This document shows, in pieces, positions 12,541-25,600 of a stretch of 64,000 nt of DNA. Position 1 is the first letter of the stretch. Each line of letters starts with the position of its first letter. This stretch comes from Fimbriosthenelais zetlandica (lineage: Eukaryota). The stretch covers positions 16,554,001-16,618,000 of the forward strand of contig OZ365116.1 of assembly GCA_977030845.1 (NCBI GenBank). The letters are read 5' to 3'. Below the pieces are notes generated by a model, which saw only the letters and a program-made list of their open reading frames with translations, ran no database searches and was not told the DNA's origin. Made by a program: the position numbers and the translations under genes.

Positions 12541-15540
12541 GCCTTAATGAATTACATTTAGGATGGATAAAGAGAGGCTTAAAGATAAGAGCGTGGAGAA
12601 AATGGATGAGCTGTCCTCATCTCAGGTTGAGATGCGGACTTAAATTAGGCCGTGAACTTGCAATTAGCTAACGTAAACCAGGCTTATTTGGGCCAATATA
12701 TATCCAAAAAAAGATATATATAAACTGATACTTAGGGAGTTATCGTAGATCTATTCATAATGGTCAACTATCCCCTATCTTTTGCTAGTTTTCACTGTGA
12801 AGTCTTCACTATTATGTACTTGGTGCACACGAAATGAGCCGCTAGTATGTGAGATGGCTATGCCAAAAATGGCATTATAAAAGTTGTTAAGAACTATATT
12901 TACTTCTTCGGCGCTCAGTGTAGCCAAGATGTAATTCTGTTTGGAGTGATCATCGTGAAGTATGAATCCCATATGGATTACATTAGTGACAGATGGTGTA
13001 TCATCAATATCGTATCAGTGGTTTTATCATTTTGACATTTATCCCATCTAATTGATCACTTTCACACAACATTATCTCCCACTAATAGTAGTCATCGCTG
13101 ACATTCCCTGTCACTGAATCCAAGAATGATCCGCCGAAAACAGCGTAACTAATATCAGGTTCCAATATTCTCCCAAATCTAAAAATGAGATCCAGTTACT
13201 CTGCTCAAATTGAAAAATACAGTTTGCACTTTATGATGGGCGATGCGGCCTGCCTCGCACCTTGCTGCGCCATAGCTGTGAAATGGGCCAGAAAACGGAG
13301 TCGACGCTTTAGGTTTCGCTTTTGGTCAGAGCTCTTTAGGCCTATTAATGGTGGAACACTGATACATTTAAAGCCTGCCTTTCATAGATCGCTCCAATTT
13401 CCACAACAGTCTAACAATAGCCGTCCTTCCATAACCACATGTTTGGCCAGCAGCCTTCCCCCAGTCATTTTCACACTGAAAGGTGTGAAAATGGCTGGTT
13501 GCTATGCACTGATATTTCCCCGAATGCACTGAGCGTTAGTGATTGGATCAAGTCAGAAAAAAGTGAAACGTTTGGAAAAAATGAATGTTTGTCCATTCGT
13601 TTAGGGTCCATTGCACACGTCGGGATGATTTAGTGTGAACGGTATTGAATAGTGCTCCCTGGCAATTTTCCCAATCGTGTTGGACAGCTGGAATTTCTAT
13701 ACAGCATCCAAAGCCCAAACCAGATGCCGGCTATTGCCTTCCATCTGCTAAAGATCTCCATTTACATTTTGTATTGATTAAATAATCAGTGGTTCTGAAC
13801 ATTAGAAATTGGCCCGGTACTTTAAATGGTCTTGTTTTTGAAAAAGGAAAAATGGTGAATAATTGAGTTGTATTGGGATCTCTTTTTCCCCTTTCCCGTC
13901 CAATCTTTCCCATCTTCTCGCATTTCCAGTGTTTCCATATTCATGGTTGATTTTCAAAAAGTCAATAACAAAAATCACTTTTCTGGAAAAACCAGATGTG
14001 AAATTAAGGGAAAAAAGAGGGTCTGGTTTTTGTTGGTGTTTGGCGGTTGGTCAGAGGGATCGCCTTACTTGTCGTACCTTGAAAGGCATTTCACATTAAT
14101 AGTTAATCAAATGGCGGTAAATACGGATCAATGAATTAATGATTGATTTCATGAAATGATATATGACATGGGAAGAGAAAATAGGGTATAATTATGCGAT
14201 TTATAACGTAATATCTAAATAAATGAATTGATGCTAAATTCCGTCCTAGATGTATGAAATATTTCAGGATTAGGTTTGAGGCCAGATTTTCTATTAAGAC
14301 AACGACACCACTAAAACCCAGTATGAACATAACTCACATAAAAATATAGCCCTGGTGACACACACCCGATCTTCTGCCCATTTCCCACTGAGTGGCGGGA
14401 CTGAATGTGACAGACTTGTAAGAAAATCACAGACTCCAGTCTCTGATTTAAGACCTTCTCTCCTCCGCCCTCTGCGAGCTCCACACCAGCTCCACAAGAT
14501 TTAAGAGCCAGGCTCTGTGGAATGGTCAAATATCTCCATATTTTATCTGAAACTGTTTAGGTGGGGAAAGCACACTGCTTGGCCATCTATTTTTGCCATA
14601 GCTTTTCACTAGACTTTGGGGTCAGGAGAATCATCCGCTGAGAAGAGATTGGTCTCATTCATTCTTGGGATCTGTATTGACTAATAGCGGAGATAAACTA
14701 TTGTTTTTAAGAGTCTGGGACAACTATAGAAACGTCCTTTAGAGGAGGTTTATTGGTGAAGTCCTCGTGATGCCAGTTGTTTCTGGTTTGTTGGAGACTG
14801 TGGTGACCCTACAGGAGACAGGCTGTAGGTTCACCGTATCATGATATACCTTATGGGCTGCTGAATGTATACAAGAATAGAAATCTATAGGCAAAGAACG
14901 TTAGCCTCATGTATATGTCTATTTATATTTTGCTAACACCTGCAACACCACCCATACTAAACGACAGGAAATAATACGTGTACATCTAAACACTTTGTAG
15001 GCATTTCATGACGTCCACATTGGTAGATCATACTAAAATCTAGCTGAAACCTAGCTGAGTTTTCAGAAAGTTCATTCAAGGGGAAATCTAGTGTACCATC
15101 GGGGTTTGATCGATATGAACATATGGCTATATATATGTATGAACCAGAAGTCCAGAAAATGTGATGTTTTATTGGTCAATATATAGTCATGGGGTACCAG
15201 TATAGGCCACAAAGAGAATTCCTAGCTGCAGGTAACATGCAGGAATACAAGAAAGTATGTTTTCAATATTAGCTCTAAATCCAGACTCCATATTCTGATT
15301 CCCCCAAAAGATGGTAGATAACCTGACCGAGCTCTGACCTGCACCTCTAAAGGCAGCCCTAACAAAATTAGTAAACGGCTATTGACTTCAGGAATCTGGT
15401 CCGACATCTGATGGGAGCACCATGAACTAGTGCCTCATGCTATGTTTGTTCACATATGGAAGTAAACCAGACAGGGCTGGTAGGTGGAAAAGATGATGGA
15501 TATATACAAGCCAAGGTGGATATCAACCTGTCTCAATCTC

Positions 15541-15754
15541 CACCGTCCCACTACCTCACACATTGTCCCACTATATCATACATTGTCCCACTACCTCACA
15601 CATTGTCCCACTATTTCACACATTGTCCCACTATTTCACACATTGTCTCACTATTTCACACATTGTCCCACTACCTCACACATTGTCCCACTACCTCACA
15701 CATTGTCCCACTATATCATACATTGTCCCACTATTTCACACATTGTCCCACTAT
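15541..15754. repeat. 20-bp minisatellite, ~10.7 copies
   Basis: CATTGTCCCACTA followed by CCTCACA, TATCATA or TTTCACA, repeated with exact 20-bp periodicity. Confidence 0.97.
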
Positions 15755-18700
15755 ATTTGAGGTTGTCCTCATACCCCACTTATTGAAACAATGCCGGGTG
15801 ACAGGCATGAGTGATGTGTGCACACCAACACTTATTTTTTGCATCTTTTTCATTAGTTTTATCCTTAATCACTTATCTCTAATTGCCTGGTCTATATTTG
15901 TGTCAGAGGTGATGTGGTGAGATTTATTAATCAGTATATTCATTTAACATCAAAAGAGTCTGCTTATCTCCTGACCTAGATTTGAAGCGACCTACTTCGT
16001 GAAGTGCCCCATAGGATTTGTCCTTCATGTTCTGAACCTTGAGTGAACTTGTCTTAATGTCATAAGGTAGTACAGGCTCAGAGCTCTAATAATTCATCTG
16101 AAAATAATACATCTGAAACCTGTTTCAAAATCAAGGAAGATTCAAGTTACCTTAGTTGTGATTGTATGCTGGGTAGGTCAACATCAGTCAATAGCTTCTA
16201 ACCGATTTATATACTGATATTTTCATAGGGCCTCCGTAATTTCAATCCACTTACGAAGTATCTCTAGCTGTGAATAATTATCATTATATCCTAATTAACC
16301 TTAAAACAAAAAAATGTTTCCATCAGTCTCTCTAGTGTATCTGTATGCTTGAGTCTCAATGTAAAAAATGATCCTGTCTTTTTGCAGTTATTAAGGACCT
16401 TAATTAAAAAGTATCTAGGTCTTTTTTGGAAAATACCGTGGCGCTTTTTCTCAGGGTGTGAAATATATATCAAACAGGCTGATGAGTGTGCCGAATGACA
16501 TTCAAATGCAAGTATGGCCAGCTTTCCTACCCAAAGTCAGTGTGCTTTATATCATGTGATATATGTGGAAAAGTAAACCAGTTTTAGATTAGAATAACTA
16601 AACAAAATGTTAAAATGAAGCTTTGATCTCCAAATGCTCTGCTTAGTAGGGTACCTTCAGCAAATTCCCAAGCGTAGGAATCTTTGTTGTTAATTTGTTT
16701 TTTCCCTTTAGAAACATTACTTTGTTGCAACAAAGAGTCACATGCAGCAGTAATATGAAGCCTGTGATACGAGGCGCTTGTAATTGGAGGAAAATATACT
16801 TTTATATATACATGTAGTATATCACTGAATTTCAAAGGGAATGGAATATGCTGAGGGACTGACATATTACTGAATAACCCATAAATGACATTTATTATGA
16901 GGCCTTCCTCTGCTTAACTGGATACTTTAACTGGTGGAAAATGTTAAATGGATATGAAACACTAGGGATAAAGTTTTTTTCCTGGGTGTTTCTGACCTTA
17001 CATACTTGATTTCACAGTCGTTTGCTGTGTCAGTAGTCAGTGGAGAGAAATCAACTCCAAGATGTGATTGTGATCATTTGCCCCAGAATAAGAAATATAA
17101 TTATGGAGGCTACTCCTACTCCGTATTCTAGTCATTCACGGATGCCAATGATTAAAAAACCGTTCACCTAAAATCAACACTGAAATCTGATAATCCCATT
17201 TATTAGAAAATCAAATCCTCCTGCGTGAGATTTATTTTCAGGACCGGTGTCTGTTTTGTGTTAAAAATAAAATGCGCAGTTTTTTTCATTTTTGCCAAAT
17301 CTGTATTATCAATATATGGGACGTTTTTTATTTCTACTTTTTCAGATAAAACAAAAGAATTCACAGATTTTAATTCATGGATAATAATTCTGGCAGAACT
17401 CCTTCCCTTTTGTCAATTTTGACTTCTCTTATTCTTTCATATTTTTGGGCTTCTTTCACCATTCTTTGCTGTCGTATTTTTACAATCTCCCGTCTGTCAT
17501 AGACAAAATAACACATCATCTTCGTGTTGAGGCATCCATATGAGGCTTGAATTCACTGTCAAAAGACGAACATCACTCATATCTGCCAGCTTCCTGGCCG
17601 ATTCAGGAGATCCCAAAGGGAATACATCCTCGACATGCAGGATGCCAGCGGTCAGATTTAAATGATTTTAGCTCATCCATCTTTATAGTAGACATCTTTT
17701 ATGGATTTTGTGTCGCTCTTCTATCCAATTTTATTAGGCATTAATAGTGGAAGACTCGCTACTGACAAGGGTCGTTTTTCTTGCTGATCTTGGAGCCTGC
17801 TTTTATGGACTGGTGGTAACCCAAAGGGAAGGACTTGGGTATATGGGATAAAATGGGGTGCGGACTGGGTAAGGGCTGGGGACAAGGGCAATGGTTGTAG
17901 GGAATGAGGTAAAGAGGGGTATAAGAGGGTTGGGGTGAGGGGATGGGTTGTGGGGTAAAGGGGTTGCCTTATAGAGACTGGTTTAGAGGGGGTAGGATAA
18001 GGCGGTGAGGTAAGGAGGTTTTCAGGGTATCTAGGTCTGAAGACAGGGGGACTGTTCAAATAAATTCTTTCTGCAAGGTTGAATAGGTATTGACGAGATC
18101 AAGTCCCCAGGGTCTGAGGGGCTGGACGGGGAGGACAGGCATAAAATCATATTTTGATTGAGATGAATGACTCTCATAGCCTAATGTGTCACCTTGGTCA
18201 ATTTTTGTATTAGATAAACACGTCGACCCAACCTCCAACTCAAAATCATCGCGGTTAAAATTTCTTACAAAACATTCTAAAACGTAGTAAGAGATGTGGA
18301 AAAAAGTAAACGATAAAAGGGATTTGCTAAAAGCGAAGTAATGTCAGAAATATAACAGAGAGATCTGGTTGTGAAGTACGTCATCTAGTGTCATGGACAC
18401 TGGTTGCCTGGCAACATGAGACTTAATGGTTAATCTTAAGATATCTTAGATGTATGCCACACCTCAAAGCAAGGATTACAATGTTAATACCCTCTCTTGA
18501 AAATGATGTTTTTATTCCCTGGATCAATCATTTTACTCAGCCTCAGCCTCTCACCTCATCCCACCTCTCTTTGTCTCTCTCTCCCTACTTGGACTCCTCG
18601 TCTAAAGGTCTATTAGGCTCCACACACTGCTAAGCTATGAGGGAGAAAATAAGGTCATAAATGGTGGCGACATTGTACATCTGTGATAAAGGCCATATAT

Positions 18701-20405
18701 GCTGGCGGACAAGCTGTAACTAGGAGGGAGAACCATATTGTGCACACACTGTAACTAAGAGGGAACATTACTGTAACTAAGGCCATATATGGTGCAAACA
18801 GATGGTCATTATAATGGAAGTGACAGTATCAGAATTCAAGCATCATTGCCAATGCCCTGGCCCCCAGTGACAAAGATCGGCACTAAGCCGATGACCTGCC
18901 ACCACTCTGACCTTTCCCATCGGTCACCGTGTGCTTGTTGCTTTGGTAACCGGCATGATAGTGTGGCAAACTGACACCAGATGGTGTGGAATTGATTTTG
19001 CCTCGGGAAAGGAGAGGTTAAAGGTCAAGGGAATATAGAAGCTAGTTTTTCTACCGTCTAGTGATAGGGAGAGGAATGAGATGTCTTGAGGGTTTTTGCT
19101 TGGCTCCTTTCTTTGGATGGAATTAATGCAACTGGTTCCAAAATGTGCTTGTTACGTTTAAGTCATATTGGCCACTACACCCATTTGAATATTAAGGTTA
19201 TGAGACAGCCTATAAATGTTCCAGTAAAAGGGTTTCCATAACCAAAACGTACAAGCAGATCCTCTGTAGAATCAAAGTATATCACTTTTCTGCCAATGTT
19301 TGAAAAGTGAGTTTTTAATGACTCCTAAGGAGTAACGTTTTCTAAAAGCCGCCCTTTTGAGTGACCTGACTGTTTTTTGTCAATTCCCTGTGTGCAGACT
19401 TGTAATAAGCCTGTCTGACACTCAGAAGGACACCGCTGATGCTTTTATTAAAGATTCTGTATTCTTAAAGAAGAAATTATCAATAGGATCTTACGTATGG
19501 AGGCATCCGGCCATGAAATTTGTCTTTAAAGGTTCTCCCTTTCGAGTCCTCAAAGGCGCAAAGAATCCAATCACTGGGGCATTGGGTACATTTCCTAATT
19601 TGTTGCAGCTTTGTCCGAATATTTCCTTTTGAACAATGCCAACTTTCTGGCATAATGCCAGATTTTTAAGCATAAAAATGAGATGATTTCACATAGCTCC
19701 CCCGAGCTACTACGAGCAGAAACATCATGAATCTTTTTCTTCAAAGAAAAAAAGAAAATGATGACACCCATTTTATTACGAATCAAAATAATCACACCTT
19801 CCCATGCATGGGTACAGTCATACTGAAAGGTGGTGTAGTTTTTAATGAGCCTAATTTATGCAATTTACCCAAATGATGGCATTCCCACCCCCGGGAGGCC
19901 TTGCCTGTCCATCGAAGGCCCACTGTCTGCATCACAGGACCTTTCAAACACTGTCACGCCCTCTCGTGACAGGCCCAGGACTGCTGTGACACTAGCGTGA
20001 CTTCTCATTGGTCACTTGGTTCTGGCGACGAAAAGGTCACATGACCTGGAGTTTCCTGATTTGCTCCCAGGTGTCGCCCTGGCTGAGTGTTGGCGTGATG
20101 TCATGAGAGGCGGTAATAGGCTGTGTTCAGGAGTCGTCCTGATTTTTGCTCCTGAGCTATTTGCCCCAGTTTATGACAGTGGGAAAGGAACAATTATAAG
20201 ATAATTAAGTTTGTTACATGGGTAGAGGCGGCCCAGACACGGCAGAGTTAACTCTGACCAAGCCAGTGTGATGAATGGTAGCCACCCAGCACCGTCATAA
20301 GAATCGATATGAGATATTGTTACATGGTTTATGTGACATTAAACCTACCTCAACGACTTCCACTCCATAATATGTGATAGCTCAACTCTCAGTCCCAGCG
20401 TCAAC

Positions 20406-20864
20406 CCTCAGCTGTACCCCACAAACCTCCCAACAACTGCCAGCCCACCTGAAACTGTACCCTGCACACCCCTGAACAACTGTCAGTCTACCTGAAACTG
20501 TACTCTGCACACTCCTGAACAACTGTCAGTCTACCTGAAACTGTACCCTGCACACCCCTGAACAACTGCCAGTCTACCTGAAACTGTACTCTGCACACTC
20601 CTGAACAACTGTCAGTCTACCTGAAACTGTACCCTGCACACCCCTGAACAACTGTCAGTCTACCTGAAACTGTACCCTGCACACTCCTGAACAACTGTCA
20701 GTCTACCTGAAACTGTACCCTGCACACTCCTGAACAACTGTCAGTCTACCTGAAACTGTACCCTGCACACTCCTGAACAACTCCCAGCCCACCTGAAACT
20801 GTACCCTGCACACCCCTGAACAACTCCCAGCCCACCATCAAGCCTCAGCTGTACCCCACAAACC
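20406..20864. repeat. 43-bp minisatellite (9 core units, 20445-20831) with diverged terminal units
   Basis: Unit CTACCTGAAACTGTACCCTGCACACTCCTGAACAACTGTCAGT. An identical 22-mer, CCTCAGCTGTACCCCACAAACC, lies at 20406-20427 and 20843-20864. Confidence 0.97.
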
Positions 20865-22584
20865 CTTGAGAAACTGATTCCCATCCCACCCACATCTACA
20901 CACACCTCCTCCCCACCCTCGTCCAAACCCTAGCCACTATAAATCTGCTATAACTATGACATAGGACTCCTCTGTCCCTCTTATCAGACCCCGGGGGATT
21001 ATGTCGCATCATGACCGTGGGTCACAAATTATGCCACCGTTCCCTCCCGACAATTCTTTAACCTCTATTTCCCCGCAGTTCCATCCCAGAGTAATCTGAG
21101 AAGATCTAGCATATTTTATCTCCCATAATTTGGATTTATGTCCAAGCAACATACAAAAATGTCATGGAACTAACCTCGGGCAAGAAAGGGATAACATTAA
21201 TTTAAGTCTTAAATTATCCCTGTGAATCGTGGGTTAAGAGAAGTGTGGTGGGCCTGATGTGGTTGAGGGTTATTGACCATTGAGTGTAGCCACCATTACC
21301 AGATTGCCCGGCTGGGAGTAAATATAAACCATTGCTGACCCGTATATCATTTTGATTACAAATCTTGTTTGACCTTAGACCTGGTCCAAGAAATATCAGG
21401 TAATAAAATTATAGGAAATATGGATGGAAAGTACGGAACTACCTTCAAGGTTGAAAGATACTCGATGATCAATAAAGTGAAAGTGAATATTTCCTTGTGT
21501 TTAGGAATGTCGCTTGGAGGGATATGGCAGGCACGCCTTCTACTTCCCACAATCATTAAATCTACTCCACTGATCCAGTTTTTCTCTGAAGAAGATTTCT
21601 CCCCCTCTGATCCCACACTTTGGGGATTCTCTATGATCCATTTCCACTCCCTCTTTGAGTCTGATCACTCTGTTAAGTGGGGCCGTAACGGGATTGCCTC
21701 ACGACGCAATCAGGAATGAACGGGAGTAGCAGAAGAACAACTCCTCAGGGCAAACAATGTCTGTTCACTTTAATATAAATGATCCCTTCCTCCAAATTTT
21801 AAACTTTACTCTTTGATTATAATCTGGAAATTTGTAAAGCTTTGCTTCAGGTCATATCAAAGGCCTGGCAGCCCTTGAGACATTCGTAAGGACCAGGGTT
21901 TGTCTTTGTTAAGGCTGTACTGGAGCCTCGCCCTGAGACATCTGTGAAACCTGTCTTTAGTGATGTGTTAAGCATTGTCTTATGCCCTTAAGACCTCAGG
22001 AGATAAGTATCTTGATGATTTAGATGACAGGAGGATTAGCTAAGAAAGGGATAAGTGAGAGTCACTTTGGTGGTGTGACTTTGGTTTATCACATTATGTG
22101 AGCATCTTCTCTCCATTGTTGCATCCTTAGTTTAGTAAATGGACAAGCCATTTACAGTGATCTCATCCCACCACCATCTACATTGGTTTTGTGTGAGAGG
22201 GCCCATGTAATGGCCCGGTGTTATTATTAAATCTCTGCTCTTCACCATGCATTCCTTATTGAAGACATGGAGGATGTACATGGATTTTTGTCGGCAAGAT
22301 TTATACCAATGTACAGTCTTTTAAATTTGTTGAGCGAGAAATCATCTCAAGACAGCTTAGGAAGTAAGCCCCTCCTTTGTGTCTTATTTTCGTCTTTGGG
22401 ACAAGCCCTTGGACCTCAATTTGCTGGTGAATCATGTCCTAAGAACCTTATTAGCACTGCTTATGTGTTGGGTACATATTTGGGTTAATACAGCCCTAAT
22501 CGGCTAATAGCAAAGACGGGTAATATAGTATCCATGACCGTCTTCATTTCTGACCCTCATCCTGAGTTACAGCCGGGGTCTTAT

Positions 22585-22690
22585 TCAACCGGCGCCTCGT
22601 TTCCGGTCCGCACTTCCTCCACCACAACCTCCAGGGTTAAGGTCAGCCTTAAATCAAGCCTTTTCCAGAAGATGGCGCCTGGGAGTGAGG
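22585..22690 (+). promoter_or_regulatory. CpG-rich promoter-like motif cluster (ETS x2, AGGTCA, YY1 overlapping an ATG, then a GT donor)
   Basis: TTCCGG (22601-22606), ACTTCC (22612-22617), AAGATGGCG (22669-22677; ATG at 22672) and donor GA|GTGAGG at 22684/22685. Motif-only evidence. Confidence 0.35.
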
Positions 22691-25600
22691 GCATATTTGA
22701 AGTCTAACAGTTATTGTGTGTGACAGGGTTGGCTGGCGGTCTATTAGGAGACGGCGAGCAACTATTGTTCATGTCTCTAAACCATACATTATGGAGCAGT
22801 TCTTAACACTGACTGGCAGAAGGCACTTGTATGAACTTGTTCTCTCTCGATAATACCGAAAGTAAAACCTGGAAAGACATAGATTTAATGTGGGCTTATG
22901 AGCATAAAATCTCAAGACATCACCGTCCTTAAAATCAGATTGATTTTGTATCTGTCTTTGTCCTCAGAAGCTCGTCGTTTGTTGTTTTTGTGGTCATGGG
23001 TAATCCATTTAAAGCCCTACATCCGCTTTGTTTTATAAGTGAACTATTGACCTGGTGGCTGACTGACCTATATTTAAAGGAAATTGAGATCAACATATAA
23101 CAAGCTGCTGTGAGGGGAAAGTTCTTTGTCCTTTGATCTTTTTTTAATCAAATATCCAATAATTAGTTACGTTCGTCTTTAGATTCCACAGAGCAGTGTT
23201 CCCGAGTACTCATGAGATTGAAGGCAGTGTTCTTTGTGTAACATTGATGAAATTGTGCTAGTACAGCAATGGTGAAACTGAGCGGAAACTGAGTAGAAAG
23301 AGGTTAGACGGTCATTTCCTTAAGGAAGTACAAGTCACCCTTACCCTTGTCTCTGGTGCTTTAGGTGAGTCAGGACAAGGTCCTCCATAGTGACAATTTG
23401 ACCTATAGGTTTCTATTGTTATACCTCTATACTTTATTTGTTTTTGTAAGACGGTAGCTGCCCTATCTCTATCTCAAGCTCTGTAAGACATACACCATAA
23501 TGATGAATCAGTGCCGTACAACTAGCATTGTGTTTACAAATTGCCGTCCTTACCGCCGTGGCAAGCACATTTCCGCATCGTGCCGACATGAGACTATTGT
23601 CCTGTCTCTGCCGTGATTGGCATTGTCAGCTTCCAAGCTGACAGGCATTAAATGAGTCATTTTCCTCCAATTGACCGCTTTAAAACCTGGCTCATGTGGG
23701 AACAGCGGAGTACCATTTTTCATTACGTATGATATCAGGGCTTTTCAAAGTCCCATATTTGGCTGCCGTCCTTGAAGCTGATTATTACATCTGATGATTA
23801 AAAAAGTTTAAGCTATTTTTGAAACTTGAAACGTGGTGAAAGCTATAGCCTTGACTATTTTTTTCAGTGCTTTAGTACTTTTAGTGACTGGCTTAAAATT
23901 TCCCCATGGATGGTTGCTCCCGCTCACCTCCATTTCTGACTCCCATATTTATACAACCCCTGCTCCCATTCATCAATAAATGCTGACTTGTCGTCCCCTT
24001 GAGGCGTCCAAAAACCTCCCAGCCATGGACATTATGACCATAACTTAGTAAACCCAATGACAAGCCAACACATCCAAAACACACTCCAAATTCCTTCCTG
24101 TCTCTACTTGAGGCCTTGCTCAAGCCTTGGACAGTTTGCAGTAAACGGGTACTCGGTTAGCATAACACAAGGTTACTTGGTCCATGCCTATAAATAATGC
24201 CTGTGACTTGACTCAGATAATTCTTATCCAAGAGTACTCGGTGAATAAAATCAGGACCTTAGCAGTACCTCTCCAGCTCCATCCTTGCCACTCGAGTCCT
24301 GGCAGTGAGAGAATGAGGTGACAGTTGGACATTAGGTGACAGTACTTGGCACGGGGACAAGCCGTGCCAGCCTTGATCCACTTGGGTTTTGGCTTTTTTC
24401 AATGATCCAGGATTTAGTCACGATTTCGACGAGGATTCCAGGGTCGTGGGTAGAGGATTGACCCTGACCTCAGGTCACACTGTCACCTTGTTAAAGTCAC
24501 TAAGTTTTCCACCTTCCTGTCACATCTATCTCCTCCCAGTAGCGGGGTAATCTAAGGTCATTCCAGACTGTATTTGGAACCTACTGGGTGATAGCGTATC
24601 ACGAGATTCCCGATCTGAAAATAAGTGTGTATGATAAATACTGTATGATCGAAGTCTGGTCAATTTAACTGTGACATGTGGATGGCTGATCCCTGTACAT
24701 GATATACCTCCATACACGACTATGTTATCTGTATAGCCTCAGAGTTCATTCAGTGCAGGCTGAGAATTATTCTGCGGCCTGAGAAGCTCGTAAAGAGGTC
24801 TCAAATCAAACTAATGGTAGTCTGAGGTAAGATATGTGACGCAGGGTATGGATTCTGTATGATGGTGGCCATCCATGGGGCGTGACCCTGGGTCAAGACT
24901 CCGACTTCAGTCTCAAGGTTAGAATAAATTTTAGTCATAAAGAGATGGAGTGAGGGGAGAGAGAATGATGGAGAAGACGGAAAAATGTATAGAAAGGTGA
25001 GTGGAGCAGTGAAAATGGGCTAGGGGGAAGGGAAAGGATGAGTAATACCTTCTGCTAAATTGGAACTTGTATTTTTTTTATACAGACAATGTCAAAAGAG
25101 AGTCCCCCTAAATGTCAGCGGATACGCCAGGTGCCATCCTTCACGTACGGCTTCCATTACATGACAATAGTGTATTAGCCATAATAACAGCTTATAAAAT
25201 ACTCACTACCACCACTTCCTATCTAGACAATGAATTATTTAACGCCATCACATTATTTCACAGGCATATCACACTTACAGGCCTTTATTGGAGGGCACAT
25301 TTATTGAGATCGCTCCCCACATTGATATTTATGGTCGAGACATGCAAAAAAGGCCCATATTCGTCATACACTTAAAGAGATATATGGTTTAGCTAGAAGG
25401 TTAGAGCTGGAGACCTTTCAACAATTTCAGAAAATCCTATTGAGCTCCGAGCATTTCTTTCGGATTGAAAAATTCCCAAACAGGCCATCTATCAGTGCAT
25501 GTATCTGGATGAGAGGCTGGAGATTTCCTCTCAGATATCTGTCTTTAGAGACGTGCCAATCTCTGCCTTCAGACATCAGTGGATACATGGCTTTACACGG

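Noticed and set aside
15456-15920. Three overlapping ORFs (154, 100 and 65 aa) with SHIVPL/THCPT repeats
   Set aside because: They are translations of the 20-bp minisatellite, which lacks stops on this strand. The unit is not a multiple of 3 and no domain is present.
20406-20864. CRISPR-like appearance of the 43-, 47-, 35- and 20-bp arrays
   Set aside because: Units are head-to-tail with no unique spacers, there are no cas genes and the context is eukaryotic.
23554-23593. Minus-strand MRKCACHG, reminiscent of the Wnt CKCHG motif
   Set aside because: Only a 5-residue resemblance. The conserved SGSC continuation and other Wnt motifs are absent from the window.
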